Notes under the pieces: model-generated
Told to the model about the DNA's origin: nothing
The model's database searches: none
What the model saw: only the letters and a program-made list of their open reading frames with translations
In this document: piece by piece, positions 22,296 through 47,206 of the stretch
How positions within the stretch are numbered: the first letter of the stretch is position 1
Layout: the number at the start of each line of letters is the position of its first letter
NCBI RefSeq assembly: GCF_040938485.1
Contig: NW_027272234.1
Coordinates: forward strand, 186,001-250,000
Direction: 5' to 3'
Origin: Diadema antillarum
Lineage: Eukaryota
Length of the DNA stretch: 64,000 bases
Program-made: the position numbers and the translations under genes

Positions 22296-23022
22296 TTTCA
22301 TGTCTCATTAAAGTAAAATAACAATAGAATATAAAGAGCTGGGAGCAGCAAAACATTGCTAAAACAGGGTTTTGCTACATGTACATGCAAAATGCAACCT
22401 CTGTATACAATGTCCCATCATAGCATACAACTTCATACATCAGTTCACAGTCTCGACCGAGTCACTATCAAAATCACAGCCACATACCATCCTTGGTTCT
22501 CAATCTTGAGTTTATTACCACTGCAAAGATTGCATTTACAATCAAGGTCAATTCACACAATAATTGCCTACCTCAAGTGCTCTGCATGTTTGAAATGGCA
22601 AGGTCATTTACAATGAAAGTGCATGGTAGTATTGGGTCAAAGATTTGATGTGCTATTTGCTGGCATTTGTATTAATTGTTTACGTTTATATTTTATCAAA
22701 ATGCATGGCATTGGGGCCAAGTAAACTGAATCTGTTGCAAATTTCAAGACATCAGGAAGTTTAATCATATACTGTATACACATTCTATCACACTTTGGGT
22801 GGGTTATATTATGGAGCACTGTATTCTTGTCCACCACTAATTTAAATAAATCTAAATCTTATTTGCTGTTCCAAAAGGGACTATCATTGATAATAATAAG
22901 GAACTATTAATGCTCTCTCTAAGCGCAAAATAAGCATGGGATGATTCTTTTGGTGGATATTTACATGTTGAGTGACAAATCAATCATACCTTTAGAGTTG
23001 TATTTGGTGTAAGGTGCAGATT

Positions 23023-23061
<39 letters not shown>

Positions 23062-25535
23062 CTAGCGTAAATGTCCTTTCCAATTCACTGCTACTGCTGT
23101 GCTTTTAAAGCCTGCAGTCTCTGTGTCATAGATATTCTGTTCAGTGATATAAGTACACTTGTATCACATTCATTTAAAAAAAGATCGAGATAGAAATCAC
23201 TTGCAACTGACATCCATTGCCACATGTGTAAATTATGTACATGTATGTCATGTTTGCACAGCTTCGCGAGGGAACATTTCGATATTGAGCATAGATATAA
23301 AAATATGGACTAAAATGCCCCATCAATTAGAATGACACATACTTTCTATAGACATCAACATGTAGACAAGGGCATATGGTTGTAATTAATGTAAAGTGTT
23401 AAATCCCAAGACATTGTATCTATCATTTCTATATCTACAGTTTTGTATGACTCTGCAACATTTTTCTTTTTTTATTGTGGAAAAAATATAAATACTCACA
23501 ACACACCCCAGCAAGAATATGAAAAAGAATAAAATCTACAAAGATAGTGTGATAAACTTATCACTTTTCTGTACAGTGCAATAAACTGTATGCTTGCAGT
23601 TAATAACTGACAAGCTTTTTTTTTTCAATCTTAATCAAACTCAAAAGTACATTTACAAAAAACAAACAAACAATAAAACAATAAAACAAACCAGCTCTGC
23701 ACTGTGAAGAACATAAATTCAGAGCAGATTGACATAACCAGAAACACAAATATGAATTTGATTTTTTCAGTCACCAGAACATTGGTGTCGTGACAATATA
23801 TTCATCTGGTATGAATTACGCAAAATGTGACTATCTCCATTGTTGCCAACTCATGGGATAAATGCAATTACATGCTTACAAAAATAGAAAAATTATCACG
23901 CTCATAAATACTATTACATATGTTACATTTGCTGATTTAGTATTTCCATATCTACAATGTACATAGAAGTGAATATACAAGGTGAGTACTTTTTTCAAGG
24001 CTTAAACATAATGGAGACATGCAGTACACCAAATAAGTACAAATTGCCTGTGGTGATTTAGGGTGGAGCGACGGGGTTAAGACCCCCTTGACGATGACAA
24101 CTAAAAATGTGATCACACGTCCCACTTTTAGCCATCTACCATGCAAAGTGGAAAAGCGTCCAGTGCATAACAGTTGAGGTGGCAATAAACAGAATACATC
24201 ATTTGTCCTCCGACAATTTTGTGCAGCGAGACGGTTTCCTCACCTCTTGCAAGTTTTTTCCTAAAATACACCGATGCGTGTTGCCTCCTCCACACTGTAA
24301 TGCTATCTCCTTGACTGGTAGCATGAATAGGCCTACGCATCTGTACTGCTGAAGGCATTCAAATTCAAGTTATCAATCATTCATTCAAACTTACACGGTG
24401 CATTCAAATCATCATGCTGTTAAATAGTGTGATGGAGGCAGTCATATTCTATGCGTCATAGACTCATTTTGTTCTTCTGTTAATACTACACTACTGTACA
24501 ATGTAAGGTGCTGTCTAAATAGTACTTCTAAATGGTGTCCCACCTGTTAGAATACAAGTTGCCGCACTAGAGGTAAAAATTTTAACCCTGCTGTGCAAAA
24601 ACTTTAGCGACTGTTGCACCAAAAGTTCAATTTGCAAAGTTTACAGGGCAAATCTGTGTTTTGTCTGCTGTTCCAATTTGTGTCATTTCTTCTGAGGGAA
24701 ATTCCTAGCAGTGTGCACAGTTATGAATTTTCTGCCTACAGTCTTGCACCAAAATACAGTAGTATGTAAAAGGTTATAAGTTGAAGCTAATTCTCCCATC
24801 CCATAAAATACCGGTAGTCATGTAATACTAGTTGACTGCATCTCTATATAGAAGCAAGCACATAAATCATAAATCATCTCTTAATAGCTTGATGAAATTT
24901 GATGAGTACTGACTTGACACTAACACACATCCCATGAAACTGTATTCAACAACCTAACCTGCAGCACTTTTGGCATCGATATTTGTTCAAACCAACCCCT
25001 TACCATTCCTTCCTCTTTTAAAGGGAAGAACAGGAAATAACACCAGTACTGGCAAACTACAGGAAATCTAATAGAATCGGACCTAACAACTAACACATGC
25101 AATTAATAAAACACATGTTAAGAAGGGAAAACAAAACAATGGCAGAGCTTTCTTACTACACAGATGCAAGTAAGCCTATCTGCACATCATTGCTCCATAT
25201 CAACTACCCCACAGTATGAAAGCAGGCATCAAAATGGACTAAATGATATGCTGATACCCCATACACTATCTGATTTCATATCACCATGATTTTGTCATAG
25301 CACTTGGGACTTCCCCCATTCTACAACAGAAACAAACACCAACTTGCCAATGCTGGAGCTCTCTAATTTATAACTTCATACCAAGGCAATTTATTCCCTA
25401 CACACTGCACCACTGGATTTCACAGTCTCTCTCAGTGAACAATGCTGCACATCCACAGACTTGTCCAACTTCAGGATCACAGATGACTAGATGTTTGACA
25501 TACTTTGGCGATGAGAAGACTACAGGGTGCCAACT

Positions 25536-28500
25536 TTATACACCAGATTTCAGTTGTTCTGTATGGAGAGGGGAGATTGTGAAATCTTTAACGTCTCCTA
25601 CCAAACCAGAATGTGTTTCCACAACAAAAGACAAATGAACAACCAATATGGACATATTACACTCTTAGACATCCTAATGAATGAATGCTTTTCTCAAGAT
25701 ATGAGAATGGATGCGTTTTTGAAGACGTCCAAAAAGCTGGGACCGAAAAAAAAAAAAATCATTCTGAATTACATGAGCTAAGCCATTCTCTCTCAATATG
25801 CTTTGTGAAGCCAAAGTCATGGCTGCCAACATTTACACAGCAAATCAGGGAGATAGTTTGCCTTTGTGTGTTTCAGCATTTCAATGGGCATAAAGTAATT
25901 TTAAAATCAGGGAAAGTTTTACATTTGCTTATCCGAATATGAAGAGACAGTAACATTCTCAGGAAGCATCCTGCATTGTCAGGGAAATTTGGTAGCCTGG
26001 TGAATTGGTTAAAGTACTTTCATACAAAGATACTCGTCAATCAAGAATCATCTATAGTTCATAGCATGTGCTTCCAAATATTTTGTACCTTCAGACACAA
26101 ACAACCTACAACAGTACCAATAAAATATGAGATATGTGTGTACATGAACTTGAAGATGACAAGAGCAATGGATAATGTGCTTTGCCAAATTCTACATGTA
26201 TGCCTTCATCTGGCATCTTTCTCAAGGTTGAGCATTGCTTACTCTAGAAAATCTACATTTACTGAAGGTTCCATCTACGCTGTTGCTTTTTATTACTTTA
26301 AGGTCTGGCACAAATGCCAGCAACAAGTTGTGCCAAGATGACTAGAGCTGTATAGTAACGACCAATCAAGCAAATGTTTTTCACTTAAATATGAGACGGT
26401 TCATTGCACTGCACAACAAGCATAGTTTTCTCTGCTAACTTTAAAATCAAGACTGTCAGAAAACGTGAAAATGTTGGATCTCCTTTAATGTTCTCAACAT
26501 ATTGCCATGTTCCCATTGTTGCAAAACAATAAAGAGACTAATCTAGATCTTCTGCATGACTGTGAATGAAACAGTGCAACTGAATAGCACAAGAGAAGAA
26601 ATAATCCACATGAGAACATTGCTCATTTCCATCTCTCTCTTTCTCCCATTAAAAGAAAAACAAATGATAATAATCTTTATAACATTTGCATGGGTAATAA
26701 AACTATAACAGAAAGATGTAATAAGGACCCTGGAAGGAAATCTTACCTGATAACCACTGGATGCCTTCATGTAAGCCCTCCCCTGTCAGTGCATTGCTAG
26801 CACAGATGTGCCACGGCTTGTCTTTGATTTTGTCTAGCTCTAGCAGTCGGATGCATTTGACAGAGGTCAGGGCGTCTCGTAGATCCATCTTGTTGGCAAA
26901 GAAGAGGATGGGTATCCTCCGTGACTGGACAGCTGGAATAAAGGACATTGATTACACTGCAATATTATTTCCTTGGATAGTGACTGTATTGTATGATGGT
27001 GCACACTCTTGTTAGGTCACAATCTACTCCACACAGGCAAAGTGTGAACAAAATTTGCTGGTAGACACACACACATTGAAAAAAAAAATATCAGCAACCA
27101 CCTGCTCAATATCTGATTAAATTACATCATTTTGTATTTCTGTTCATGTACTATTATCTTTAAAAAAAAAAGGAATTACCATTTAAGTCGTAGTGTATTT
27201 GCACAAACAATGATAAACATTACTATACAGGTGCTGACATCTGAGAAATTAGTGAAGCACCAAAGCACCTAGTGATCATCTTTTCTCACCTGCATGTTCT
27301 AGCAGCATGTCAATTTCAGACTTTGCAACCACTATCCGTAGCTTGTCACTGCTGTCAATGACAAAAATGACGGCCTGGGCTTCCCTGCCAGAAAAAAATA
27401 CGCACACATACAACACGATAGATTGATATAGTTGGACAAGACATTACTCACATTGAAAGTTATAGTGAAAGCCATCCTCTTGCTGAAAACAGCCAAAATG
27501 GATTTATAAAAAAACAACAAACAATACATTGATATTGTTATTATTGTTTTAATCATTCTGCAATGTTTGAGCATTTGACTGTACTGTCAAGCACTTCACA
27601 GCTCAGAGTACAAGTGATGTTTGAAGGGTTTTACCTTTATGAATTTCAGGAATAAGAACACTTCTGTTCTGAACTAAAGAATTACAGTATGTATGCATCT
27701 TAAAATGTTTCACAAAGAGTTAATGCAAATCTGTAAGCAGGTTCATATTTTCTGTGTAGATGTAGTGGACAAAGTAACAACTCTCTAAAGAAATATGCAC
27801 CTCTTGGAGATCTTCAAAAATGTAAATATGAAATATGAATGAATTAACAAAATCTGGATTGACATTCTACTGAATTCATCAAAGTCACAACAATTTGAAT
27901 GTCTACGAGTTAACAAGTAATCTATCATGGAGTCAAACACGAAACTTTAAAATCAAACCATTTTGGTCAGGTAATTGTAAGGCCACTTGGCACAGGGACA
28001 TCTATGTACAGTAGGTTATAGGATACCACTTTCACAATACATTACCATAGGGCCTACATATCAAAAAGGCAGACCATTGCTTTTTCATTGTTGTCTTCAT
28101 TCACAAGACAAATGGGGAAAATACTGTGTATACACAAGTGATATGACATGAACACAATCCAGAGTTACTGCAAGGAACCTTTAGGGCTGAGTCTTTCACA
28201 TGACTTTCTGACATTTGAAAGGTCATAAACTTATGGTAATAGGCAAATAAAAAAAAAAAAACCCAACACACTCCATGACTTGTTGAATTCTCTTGTGACC
28301 GACATTGAACAAGCAACTTCCCTTTATTTTCAAATCATCCTCCAGGGTTACAAGTAAATCTCCTTGACTATAGGTTGATTTTCATGATTAGATTAATGGA
28401 CTATGTACAGATGTAAACCTGTAGATGACATGTCATTAAATGGAACTTACTTGTAGTAATGTTCCCACAGGTCTCTGTATTTGCCCTGACCGGACATGTC

Positions 28501-29666
28501 GAAGACTGTGAAGCTCACTCCAGGCGTTGTGAATTTTTCCACTGAAAATCCGACTGTGGCAACAACATCTTCTGTTTGGTCCTGTTTTTGGAGAACAAAT
28601 GTTGAGCCTGGATTTGTCACACATGCACAAGCATTACTAAGAACAATTACAGTCATTTGTACAGCGTGGAACAACATGCAGTCTTTCCAGAAAAATTCCC
28701 AGAATCTAAATACAACATATAGACAGGGACAAAAAGGGGGGGGGGGGGGGGGGGGGGGGACAGGTCCCTATTGTCAGGATTCACAGCTGAACAAGAAATT
28801 ACTGTTCCAGCACTCCTTTCAAATTCCATGACAAGGGCAAAACCTACGCAGCTCTGTGTATTAAAATGTATAATTTAGATATTGTGTACATACAATGTAC
28901 TCCATCCGTGCTTTGCAGAAATTAATTAATTAGGGTACCATTGGTATGCTGTCTCTACTACAGAACTCTTGTAACACATTGTTGAAGTGTGAATTTCATT
29001 TTTGGTGTACACAATGTATGTCAGAATGTGTCCACTTTCTTTCTGTTTTGTATTTTGAATGCAAAGGACATTTTAATCTTGCTACAACAGGAAAGGATTT
29101 GTATCAGAAGAAAATTTCGTCCTACATGTAAATCATATTGAAAGATACAACGTACACTAGACACAAATTTGTTCTTTGTCTTGAAACATGAATATTGAAC
29201 CAATGCCATGGATTTGTTCTGTGAAAACAACACAGCTACTTTTGTATAGCCTGTATGTGCACATTAGCTGTAAACCTGTCCTAGTTTTTCAGGGGTATTG
29301 TACATTACGCAAATTCCTATCATAATATCTACTAGGCTGCATGACACGTTTGAAATCTTACCACTAGGCAGGACAAAGGGCTCTCTTTCCAACACCCCTC
29401 TGAAGCAGGGCAAATATCTTATTGACCTTTCAGTTATACCTGATTCATGTACACAGTACAACTACAAGCTGTATTACAATTGTAAACTTCATGTTATTGG
29501 CAAGTAGGTTTAAAAATGTTGTGTAGTGTCAAGTGTCATTCACCTCATTTGGCTTCAGGTGATTAATAATGGTGCTCTTTCCGCTGTTGTCAAGTCCTAT
29601 ACACAGCACCTGAGCCTGCTTCTTGCTGCTGCCAAAGAGTTTGGCCAGAAAGGCAGCAAAGCCCAT
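25536..29666 (-). CDS. ARL6: ADP-ribosylation factor-like protein 6 (BBS3), 5 coding exons, 185 aa
   Basis: Exons (minus): 29666-29544 [23 protein letters not shown]; 28581-28451 [26 protein letters not shown]; 27384-27290 [13 protein letters not shown]; 26932-26747 [29 protein letters not shown]; 25558-25536 EQLKSGV* (after polypyrimidine ctcccctctccatacag). DMSGQ is the ARL6-specific G3 motif. Phases consistent, 558 nt. The last exon is less certain. Confidence 0.95.
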
Positions 29667-30127
29667 GACAGCAAGCCAGCCGATACAAGCTTACAGGTAG
29701 GGCAAGTGTCTTTGGGAGAGCGAGTATCAATCCAGTAAGTTATGCAGGGTGACACACATACAGTATGCCTCTCCTGTGTCTGCGTAGACAAGATCCTCCA
29801 GCAATGTCCTCAGTCTCCTGACACTGCAGATGTTGTACTGACGTCTTCAAAAGCTTTAAGTGGTACACACACCGCCTCTCCATCTGCAAATTAATATCAC
29901 AAAGACTTTGCAACATGAAAATTATCAGCAAAATGACAACATGATTCTTTTTTAAATGTCTATAATATTAAAAGTGTAATTTGATTCCCCTAGTCAATTC
30001 ATATTCAGTCAATTATCAATGTTACAATGTAAAGTGATGAGAGTTCGTCTCTAAGTTTCACTGTGGAACCTCAAAAACTTCAGAACTTCAGAAAATAAAA
30101 GGTTTACAAAATAGAAAGTACACTTAA

Positions 30128-32221
30128 GGGCAAGTCCAAGATAACACGCGCGTTACGTATGGGACATTCAGAGACTTTTATGGCCTGAAAAATAGTGTTA
30201 ATGGCCTTTGATCATATTGAACTTTATCATGGTGATTGATATCTAGGAGAAGTATAATCATGTAAAGAATTGAGAAAATTGACCATCACAATTATATTCT
30301 AGAAGAGAAAATATGTGCCGTTACGTATGGGACCAGAAAAATTTTGTTTTTTAGAACATATTTTTCGACCTCAAAACTCTCTGAAAGTATTTCATTCTAC
30401 AACTTGTAACTCACTGTGATGAAAGTCACAACACTCAAGATTATCACAGGTAAGTTTCATGTCATTAGGCAAAAAGCTCTAATTACAGGTTCTCATTAAA
30501 GACAGACATGACGTGTTACGTATGGGACAGTTACGTATGGGACACTTTGTCCCCCATTCATTTAGTGTGTGGACAACCATGTTTATGGGTATTTTGCATA
30601 ATTATTGAAGTAAAATCAGTTTAAAACTACTCAAATACTGATCCAGATTGTCAAGGAAACAATATTCCCCCAAATATTCACCATCATAGTCATATTCAAT
30701 CATATTTTTATATTTTTATGACCAACCTGAGTATGCATGCCCTTTGTCCCCCATTCGTTTAGTGTGTGGAGAACCATGTTTATGGGTATTTTGCAAAATG
30801 ATTTTGCAAAATACCCCATAAACAAATTTTTGCAGAATTATTGAGGTGGAATCAGTTGAAATTACTCAAATACTGATCCAGATTGTCAAGGGAACAATAT
30901 CCCCCCAAATATTTACCATAATGATCATAATCATATCTAATCATATTCTATATTTTCATGACCAACCTGAGTATGTATGCCCTATTTTCATCAGGATAGT
31001 TACTACTAAAAATTGAATAGTTTAAAGTGTTTACTTCCATTAATGAAGGGCAGTTTGCCATTTAGTTTAAAAAACAACAACAACTTGACACAATAAATAT
31101 TAATTTTAATAGATAAGCAATACCTGCTGTGTGGAATTCCAATAATCGAGTGATGTATGATGTCTGTCTAGCAATCAGGTCATTGATTTGAGTCACACCT
31201 CAGTATGTATACCCATGAATTTTGTTGTGGCTACTATTGACAACTGAATAAGGACAATTTGTGTATCACTTGCAATAAAACAAATCATTTTACTTTTTTT
31301 TTGATATCACAAACGGTTTCAAATTAGATCTCCATCAAATTAACTTTGAATTCCTCCAGTCTTAGGATTGTATGCTCTTTAGTAATTCATATTATTGGTT
31401 TCCAGTCATCTCATAAAATGTTGAAAACTGAATCCCCATTTCTACAAAAACTATACCATCCCTTTAATGCTGATTTTCATTGTGTATTTTGCCATCTTCC
31501 CCTCCCCCTTTCTGAAAATTGTTCAGTCAAGTACATGTATTGTTGCAAGTGTCTATTACTCAAAAAGAAGCTACAAAGTTGGGATGCTTTCTTCAGGATG
31601 ATTGACCATTTGTGTACTGAGAGACCTTCCCAGCTAGCTACATGCATTCACATGCAATATATATGAGGATGTCCCATACGTAACACATTTGTCCCATACG
31701 TAACATTATTTCAATGCCTAATAAAAAACATTTCTTTTTACTGTTTTTTTCTTTTTTCTATGGTATTTAATTTCTCTAAACAATAAATTAGAACTTTCCA
31801 AAAGGGCATTCAAATAGCCTTAGCAATTTTAGAAAAAAACCTTAAAAAAATGACCTCATTTTGTTATGTATGGGACATCTCATGATAGGACACGAGCTAA
31901 TTTGCATAATCATATGCTTAATCCCTAAATTTCCATACAAGTTAATCTATTTGATGAATTTCTTATGTCCACATATTAATCAAATATCGTTTGCTTTCCT
32001 TTGAATAAATATGAATTTTTATAAATGTCCCATACGTAACGCTGTGTTTTACAATTATGCAAATGAAGAGTTTGAAATTTGCATAAATTTACATAATATC
32101 ATTTTTTTCCTCCATGGAAATCAAAACTTCAACTCATAAGCTTCAAAATGATACCAAATATGTCAATATTGAGCAAAGATGAAATTTTGTCTTCTGAGGG
32201 AACCTTATCTTGGACTTGCCC
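30128..32221. mobile_element. 2.1-kb non-autonomous TTAA-flanked (Kolobok-like) DNA transposon in the ARL6 5' intron
   Basis: TTAA TSDs. Perfect 17-bp TIR GGGCAAGTCCAAGATAA. Repeated subterminal GTTACGTATGGGACA motifs, inverted at the two ends. Internal ~200-bp duplication (~30545-30980). No transposase ORF. Confidence 0.85.
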
Positions 32222-32227
32222 TTAAAC

Positions 32228-32700
32228 TAAAAACAAAAGATAATGGAAGGAAAGAAAGAAGATAAACTTTCATTTAGGAAAGCAAGGGACAGATGAGGAG
32301 TGATATGTTTTGAAAGAAAAGTGGAAAGCAAAGAAAGCAAAGAAGAATCAAGGATTGAAAAAAGCACTAGGTAGAATAATAGAGTGAAAGATGAATCAAA
32401 ACTGGATGAAAGCAAAGATGAATAGGAAGGAAAGAAAGAATTATACAGGTCGAAAAGGAAATACAGAAAAGGATACATCAGAACGAAACACATGAAAAAG
32501 ATATTGGAGATGCAAGAAAGGAAATGTAGATGGAAGGAAAGATAACCAAACAAAGAACAATTTAATAGGCAGAAAGTAAGATTGAACAGGAAATTGAGAA
32601 AGTAAGACAAGAGGAAACCCATTTAAAGAAATGATTAACAGGAAGAAAAGTGAAAGTAAGAGAGTAAGTGAAAGATAGAAAAGAAAGAAAAAGATACAAG
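32228..32700. repeat. Purine-rich (AAG/AAAG) low-complexity tract
   Basis: Direct inspection. Confidence 0.8.
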
Positions 32701-32799
32701 GAACCAGGGGTTGCACACATGCTTTCTGACCGCTACTGCAAGACTTGGCTGAGGAAAAGGGCAAAAACAATCTTTAAGGGCCGGCCTGCAGCAAGTAGG

Positions 32800-33280
32800 T
32801 GCTACGTTTTAGGTGAATTAGATCTACATTGTAATTTGTAGAGCACAGGTGACTATGGATCTTTCACTCCATGTGAATGATCTGCCGGGCTAGCTATTCA
32901 CCAGTCATCCATCTTGTCGGGCCTCTCTGGTCTGGAAATAGTCTTGATCTTGTAAATGCCCTCCCACTTTCAGTAAGCTAGCTTGATTACTAGCATTTAT
33001 AAAAAGTGCCATTTTTTATATTTAGACATTAGCTGATGCCATGTCAGTGTAATTGAAGGTAGTGACTGCATGCATGTATTGTAATAATGGTCTATGTTGA
33101 TCCCCCCACAAACTGAAATGATTGCTTTATGTTGTGTTTGTCTGTTGTGTAATTGTAATAGGTTCAACATTTCCTCTTTTGTTCCAATGTTATACTGTGT
33201 ATGTATCGTTCCTAGTATCCTTTGTAATTGTATTAATGCTTTTTATCAGGATGTGGAAATAAATGAAATGAAATGAAATT
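32800..33280 (+). mobile_element. 3' end of L2/CR1-group LINE remnant
   Basis: T/G-rich 3' UTR-like sequence ending in AAATAAATGAAATGAAATGAAA tail. The 5' boundary is uncertain. Confidence 0.45.
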
Positions 33281-33716
33281 GTACGATGTCATCTAACGTT
33301 TCTTTAGAGCTATTTAAGTCAAAGAAATACATTATTAGCACTCTACTACTAACGTTTAACTACTAACATTAACACTCAACAGTTAGATTTATTAGTATTT
33401 AGTAATTACAACTGCCCTGCAGAGGGCAGAGCCGCGGAGCGAAGTGCTAGCGCAGCGCGCAGCCACTGACTGGACGTTGACACTGCACTACAGCTATTAT
33501 TGTAGCATATCAATGATATAGAAGTGATTAGAACTACCGCTACCCAGAGCACAAGCCACACCATTGCACTGGTCACTATTCTTCCGTCAGACAGACTTCA
33601 TGTAAATAATATTTAAACATATGATGAAGCAGCTGGGTGCATGAAGAGAAAAAAAAATAGTAAACAATTTCAGCAAAAATTCCACTTACTAAATTCGGCA
33701 GATAGTCGTCACTCAC

Positions 33717-44331
<10,615 letters not shown>

Positions 44332-44579
44332 CAACCCAGTGATCTGAGGGGACAATTCACAGATGACTTTGTAATGGAGGTGTTACATACTACACCCAGT
44401 CACTAGTTGCATTGCAGTGCGACTCGTTCGTTGTTGAGAAACCTCCTGTGAAACACTTTTGAGAAGCAAGGAATACCCGTGCATGATGTCATCATGATTT
44501 GATGCAGACTGAGGACCTCATTTAGGATACCCAGGTACACTGATAAAGTGTACTTGTTACATCTTTCTTCTCAACACTG

Positions 44580-44585
44580 AATAAA
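44580..44585 (+). terminator. Putative TFB1M polyadenylation signal AATAAA
   Basis: First AATAAA seen, ~250 nt after the TFB1M stop. Confidence 0.5.
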
Positions 44586-44638
44586 GATTTTAAAGGCACC
44601 TGGTAATTTCATGTCAGGTTTCATGACAGGTTCACCAG

Positions 44639-44774
44639 CAGTGACTGCACAGATACTTTAAAAATTCATAAGTTTTGAATGGATTGTCCAATTTTCCCCA
44701 AATTTTCTCTGATGTGTTCCACTAATTTTTCTGCATTCACTCAATCCACGTGTATATGAAGGTGGACTTGTCCT
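44639..44774. mobile_element. Kolobok-like MITE, family B partial copy 3 (right end)
   Basis: Matches the right arm of copies 1 and 2, ending GAAGGTGGACTTGTCCT. Confidence 0.75.
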
Positions 44775-47206
44775 TTGAAGGTATTGTGCAGAGATGTGTT
44801 TCTCAGAATCGCAAAAGGACTGTTTGAGTGACTGAGATTGTGGAATGAAAATTGGTATGGTATTCAGAATAGGTTTTGACTCGGCATGGTCTCTGAACAC
44901 TGGCAATGTGGGCAATGTGTAGTACATATGCATACATCATAAATATATCCAAATATGCATGATGAAATGCAAGAACTTACTCTTGTACAAAGGGCAAGCT
45001 CAATAAGTGTGAGGAGATTGCACGAAAATATGAAAAAGAAAAACAAACAGACAGCAAAGAAAAATCTCTAAGAAATAAAATTAAGACTTTCAAGAAGACT
45101 TAGTTTGTTTGCAAATTTCAGATTAAACGATTGTTTATGGTGAGATAATAACAACCTCTAATTACTTGCTGGAAGAAATATTCAAGTACCCTGACAGTAT
45201 TGCTGGTTTACAGTTGCAAACCTTTGACAGCAATGCAGAATGATGAATCCAAACATTTTGCTGAAAAAGTAACCAAAAGAGTGCAATAGTATTAAAACTT
45301 TATGACATTCTCCACACGTGTTCTTGACTTTTCTTTTTTGAACTCATGCATTCAGAATAATGGAGCAGAACACTTCTGAGACTAAGCAGCAAAAATGTCA
45401 TCCTGCTTTATTTATTTCTGGTTGTTTTAGCATGTGTGTCAATACAATAAAATGAGAAAGAATGAATCCTCAAAGTATTGGCTCTGACATGTGCCTCTGT
45501 AAAGTGTCTGTACCCAAGAGATGAGACCACGAGCCTAATTCATAATGGCACTTGCAATGGTATGTTGCATTAATTGTAGTTCCCAAAGCAACTACTTTGA
45601 TGCTCACAGCTGATTGGTTCTGTTGTGACTGCTACCATGGAAACTGCAGTTCTTGCAGCTCACAATACACAGTACAGAACTTTTTGTATGCATTTGGCTC
45701 CACGATCATGAGTGGTATTTCCAAACAATTTCATTCTGCATTCTATTATTGAGTAAGGTCACGGGTGCCATTATTTGAATAAGAAATGACATGAAAACAA
45801 AGTTTCCTGGAAGTAATTTTTTTGTGCTCTCATGACATCTGACGGAGTCAGCATGCTACCGCAATGTTTTTCATTCTTTCTGACAAAAAGACCAGGACCG
45901 TTAACATCTCTAAATGCATTAAATCACTTTATGCAGCCATGAAACATACATACATGTACATACATACAAACATATAAACATATATATTTTTATTTTATTA
46001 TTATTATCATTTTTAGAGAGAGATGAGCCAGATATGATTCAAGAAATGAAGTAACTGTCATAGAGAAATTGTCCAGAGCAAACTATTTTACTGAATAAAG
46101 TCAGGGGATATGTTGTATTGTGATACATAGCTGTTCCTGACGCAACTTGCTATAGCCTTGCCTGATAGATTATTTTTTTATTCCATAGGAGATAAGTTAT
46201 TATTTTATCAAGTACATTTGTAAGGATGAAATGCATTGTACCACATATATACTCCATTCTATTCTGCATTCTTATATGTCTGCAAAGACATCAAAAGTGA
46301 CAAGGTGTGAATGCAGATCTGGTTGTAATTTTATCTGCTGCACACCCGTTTCACTCCTACATTCATACATTCATGTGTGATGCATTTGTATTGCTTACAT
46401 TTAAACACTCAAAGAAGAAGGAAAAAAAAAACACCGCAAAATGTTGAAAAGTCATCAATATTACTGTCAACCCAAAGACACCTGATAAGACAGAAACAAA
46501 CCAAAAAGTGAATTAAAATACTACAACAAAAAGCAGCAGTTCATGAAACTTAGGAATTGTAACAAATAGTAGACCATTCTGATAAGACCTGTTACTGCAT
46601 TTCCCGAATGTCGTACATGTTTTATGTGTACTCGTAATGCAGAGATCACGAGTCCTACTGTATATGCCACTTCGATTATGATGCAGCACTTACCCACACT
46701 TTATAGAGCAATGTTTGCATTTTCATTCCACACTTCAAGTGATGGTAATATTTGACTGAAGCTACATGATGGAACCTGAAAAGAATGCACATTCCAATCA
46801 CCTTTCATCTTGCTTCATCTATCTTCTGAAACATTTTCTTCTCTGTACGTATATCAAGTTATTTGACAGACCCTTTTCAGAAAATTTACTCCTGACCTTT
46901 CATCGTACAGGAGAATATTAAAGTCCTGAAATGTTACGGGGAGAGCTTTTGTCTTTGGGAATGTTAACTAGATAATCTCTTGATGACATGCGATTACATA
47001 GTAACTGTTACTGTTTGAAAAAGGAAGCAAGGGGCCTATTTAATTTGTTTGTCCATTACGCTCCATGCAATGACTGTAATGTACATTTCGACTTTAAAAA
47101 TATGCACATACATGTATATTTGTAGAATACTGTCTTTGGGATGTCAACGCAGATAAGGTAGAAAGAATCAATGCATGCAACATGCCTTGGATAGTTGTCA
47201 TGGAAA

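Noticed and set aside
24179-26590. Other candidate ARL6 terminal exons (near 26560, 26305, 25735, 24270)
   Set aside because: The 25558-25536 exon gives EQLKSGV*, matching the expected length and character of the ARL6 C-terminus, and has a strong polypyrimidine tract.
29597-29791. Alternative-frame ORF with a RING-like C..CI..W..CPTC pattern overlapping the ARL6 start
   Set aside because: No ATG start, the first half of a RING is absent, Cys spacing is wrong, and the downstream part is a shadow frame of ARL6.
30150-32045. Repeated 15-bp motif with spacers, superficially CRISPR-like
   Set aside because: Irregular spacing, inverted orientation at the two ends, enclosed by TIR and TSD, eukaryotic context and no cas genes. 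These are transposon subterminal repeats.
32227-32770. 131-aa and 109-aa hydrophobic ORFs that look like membrane proteins
   Set aside because: They are the antisense reading of a purine-rich low-complexity tract.
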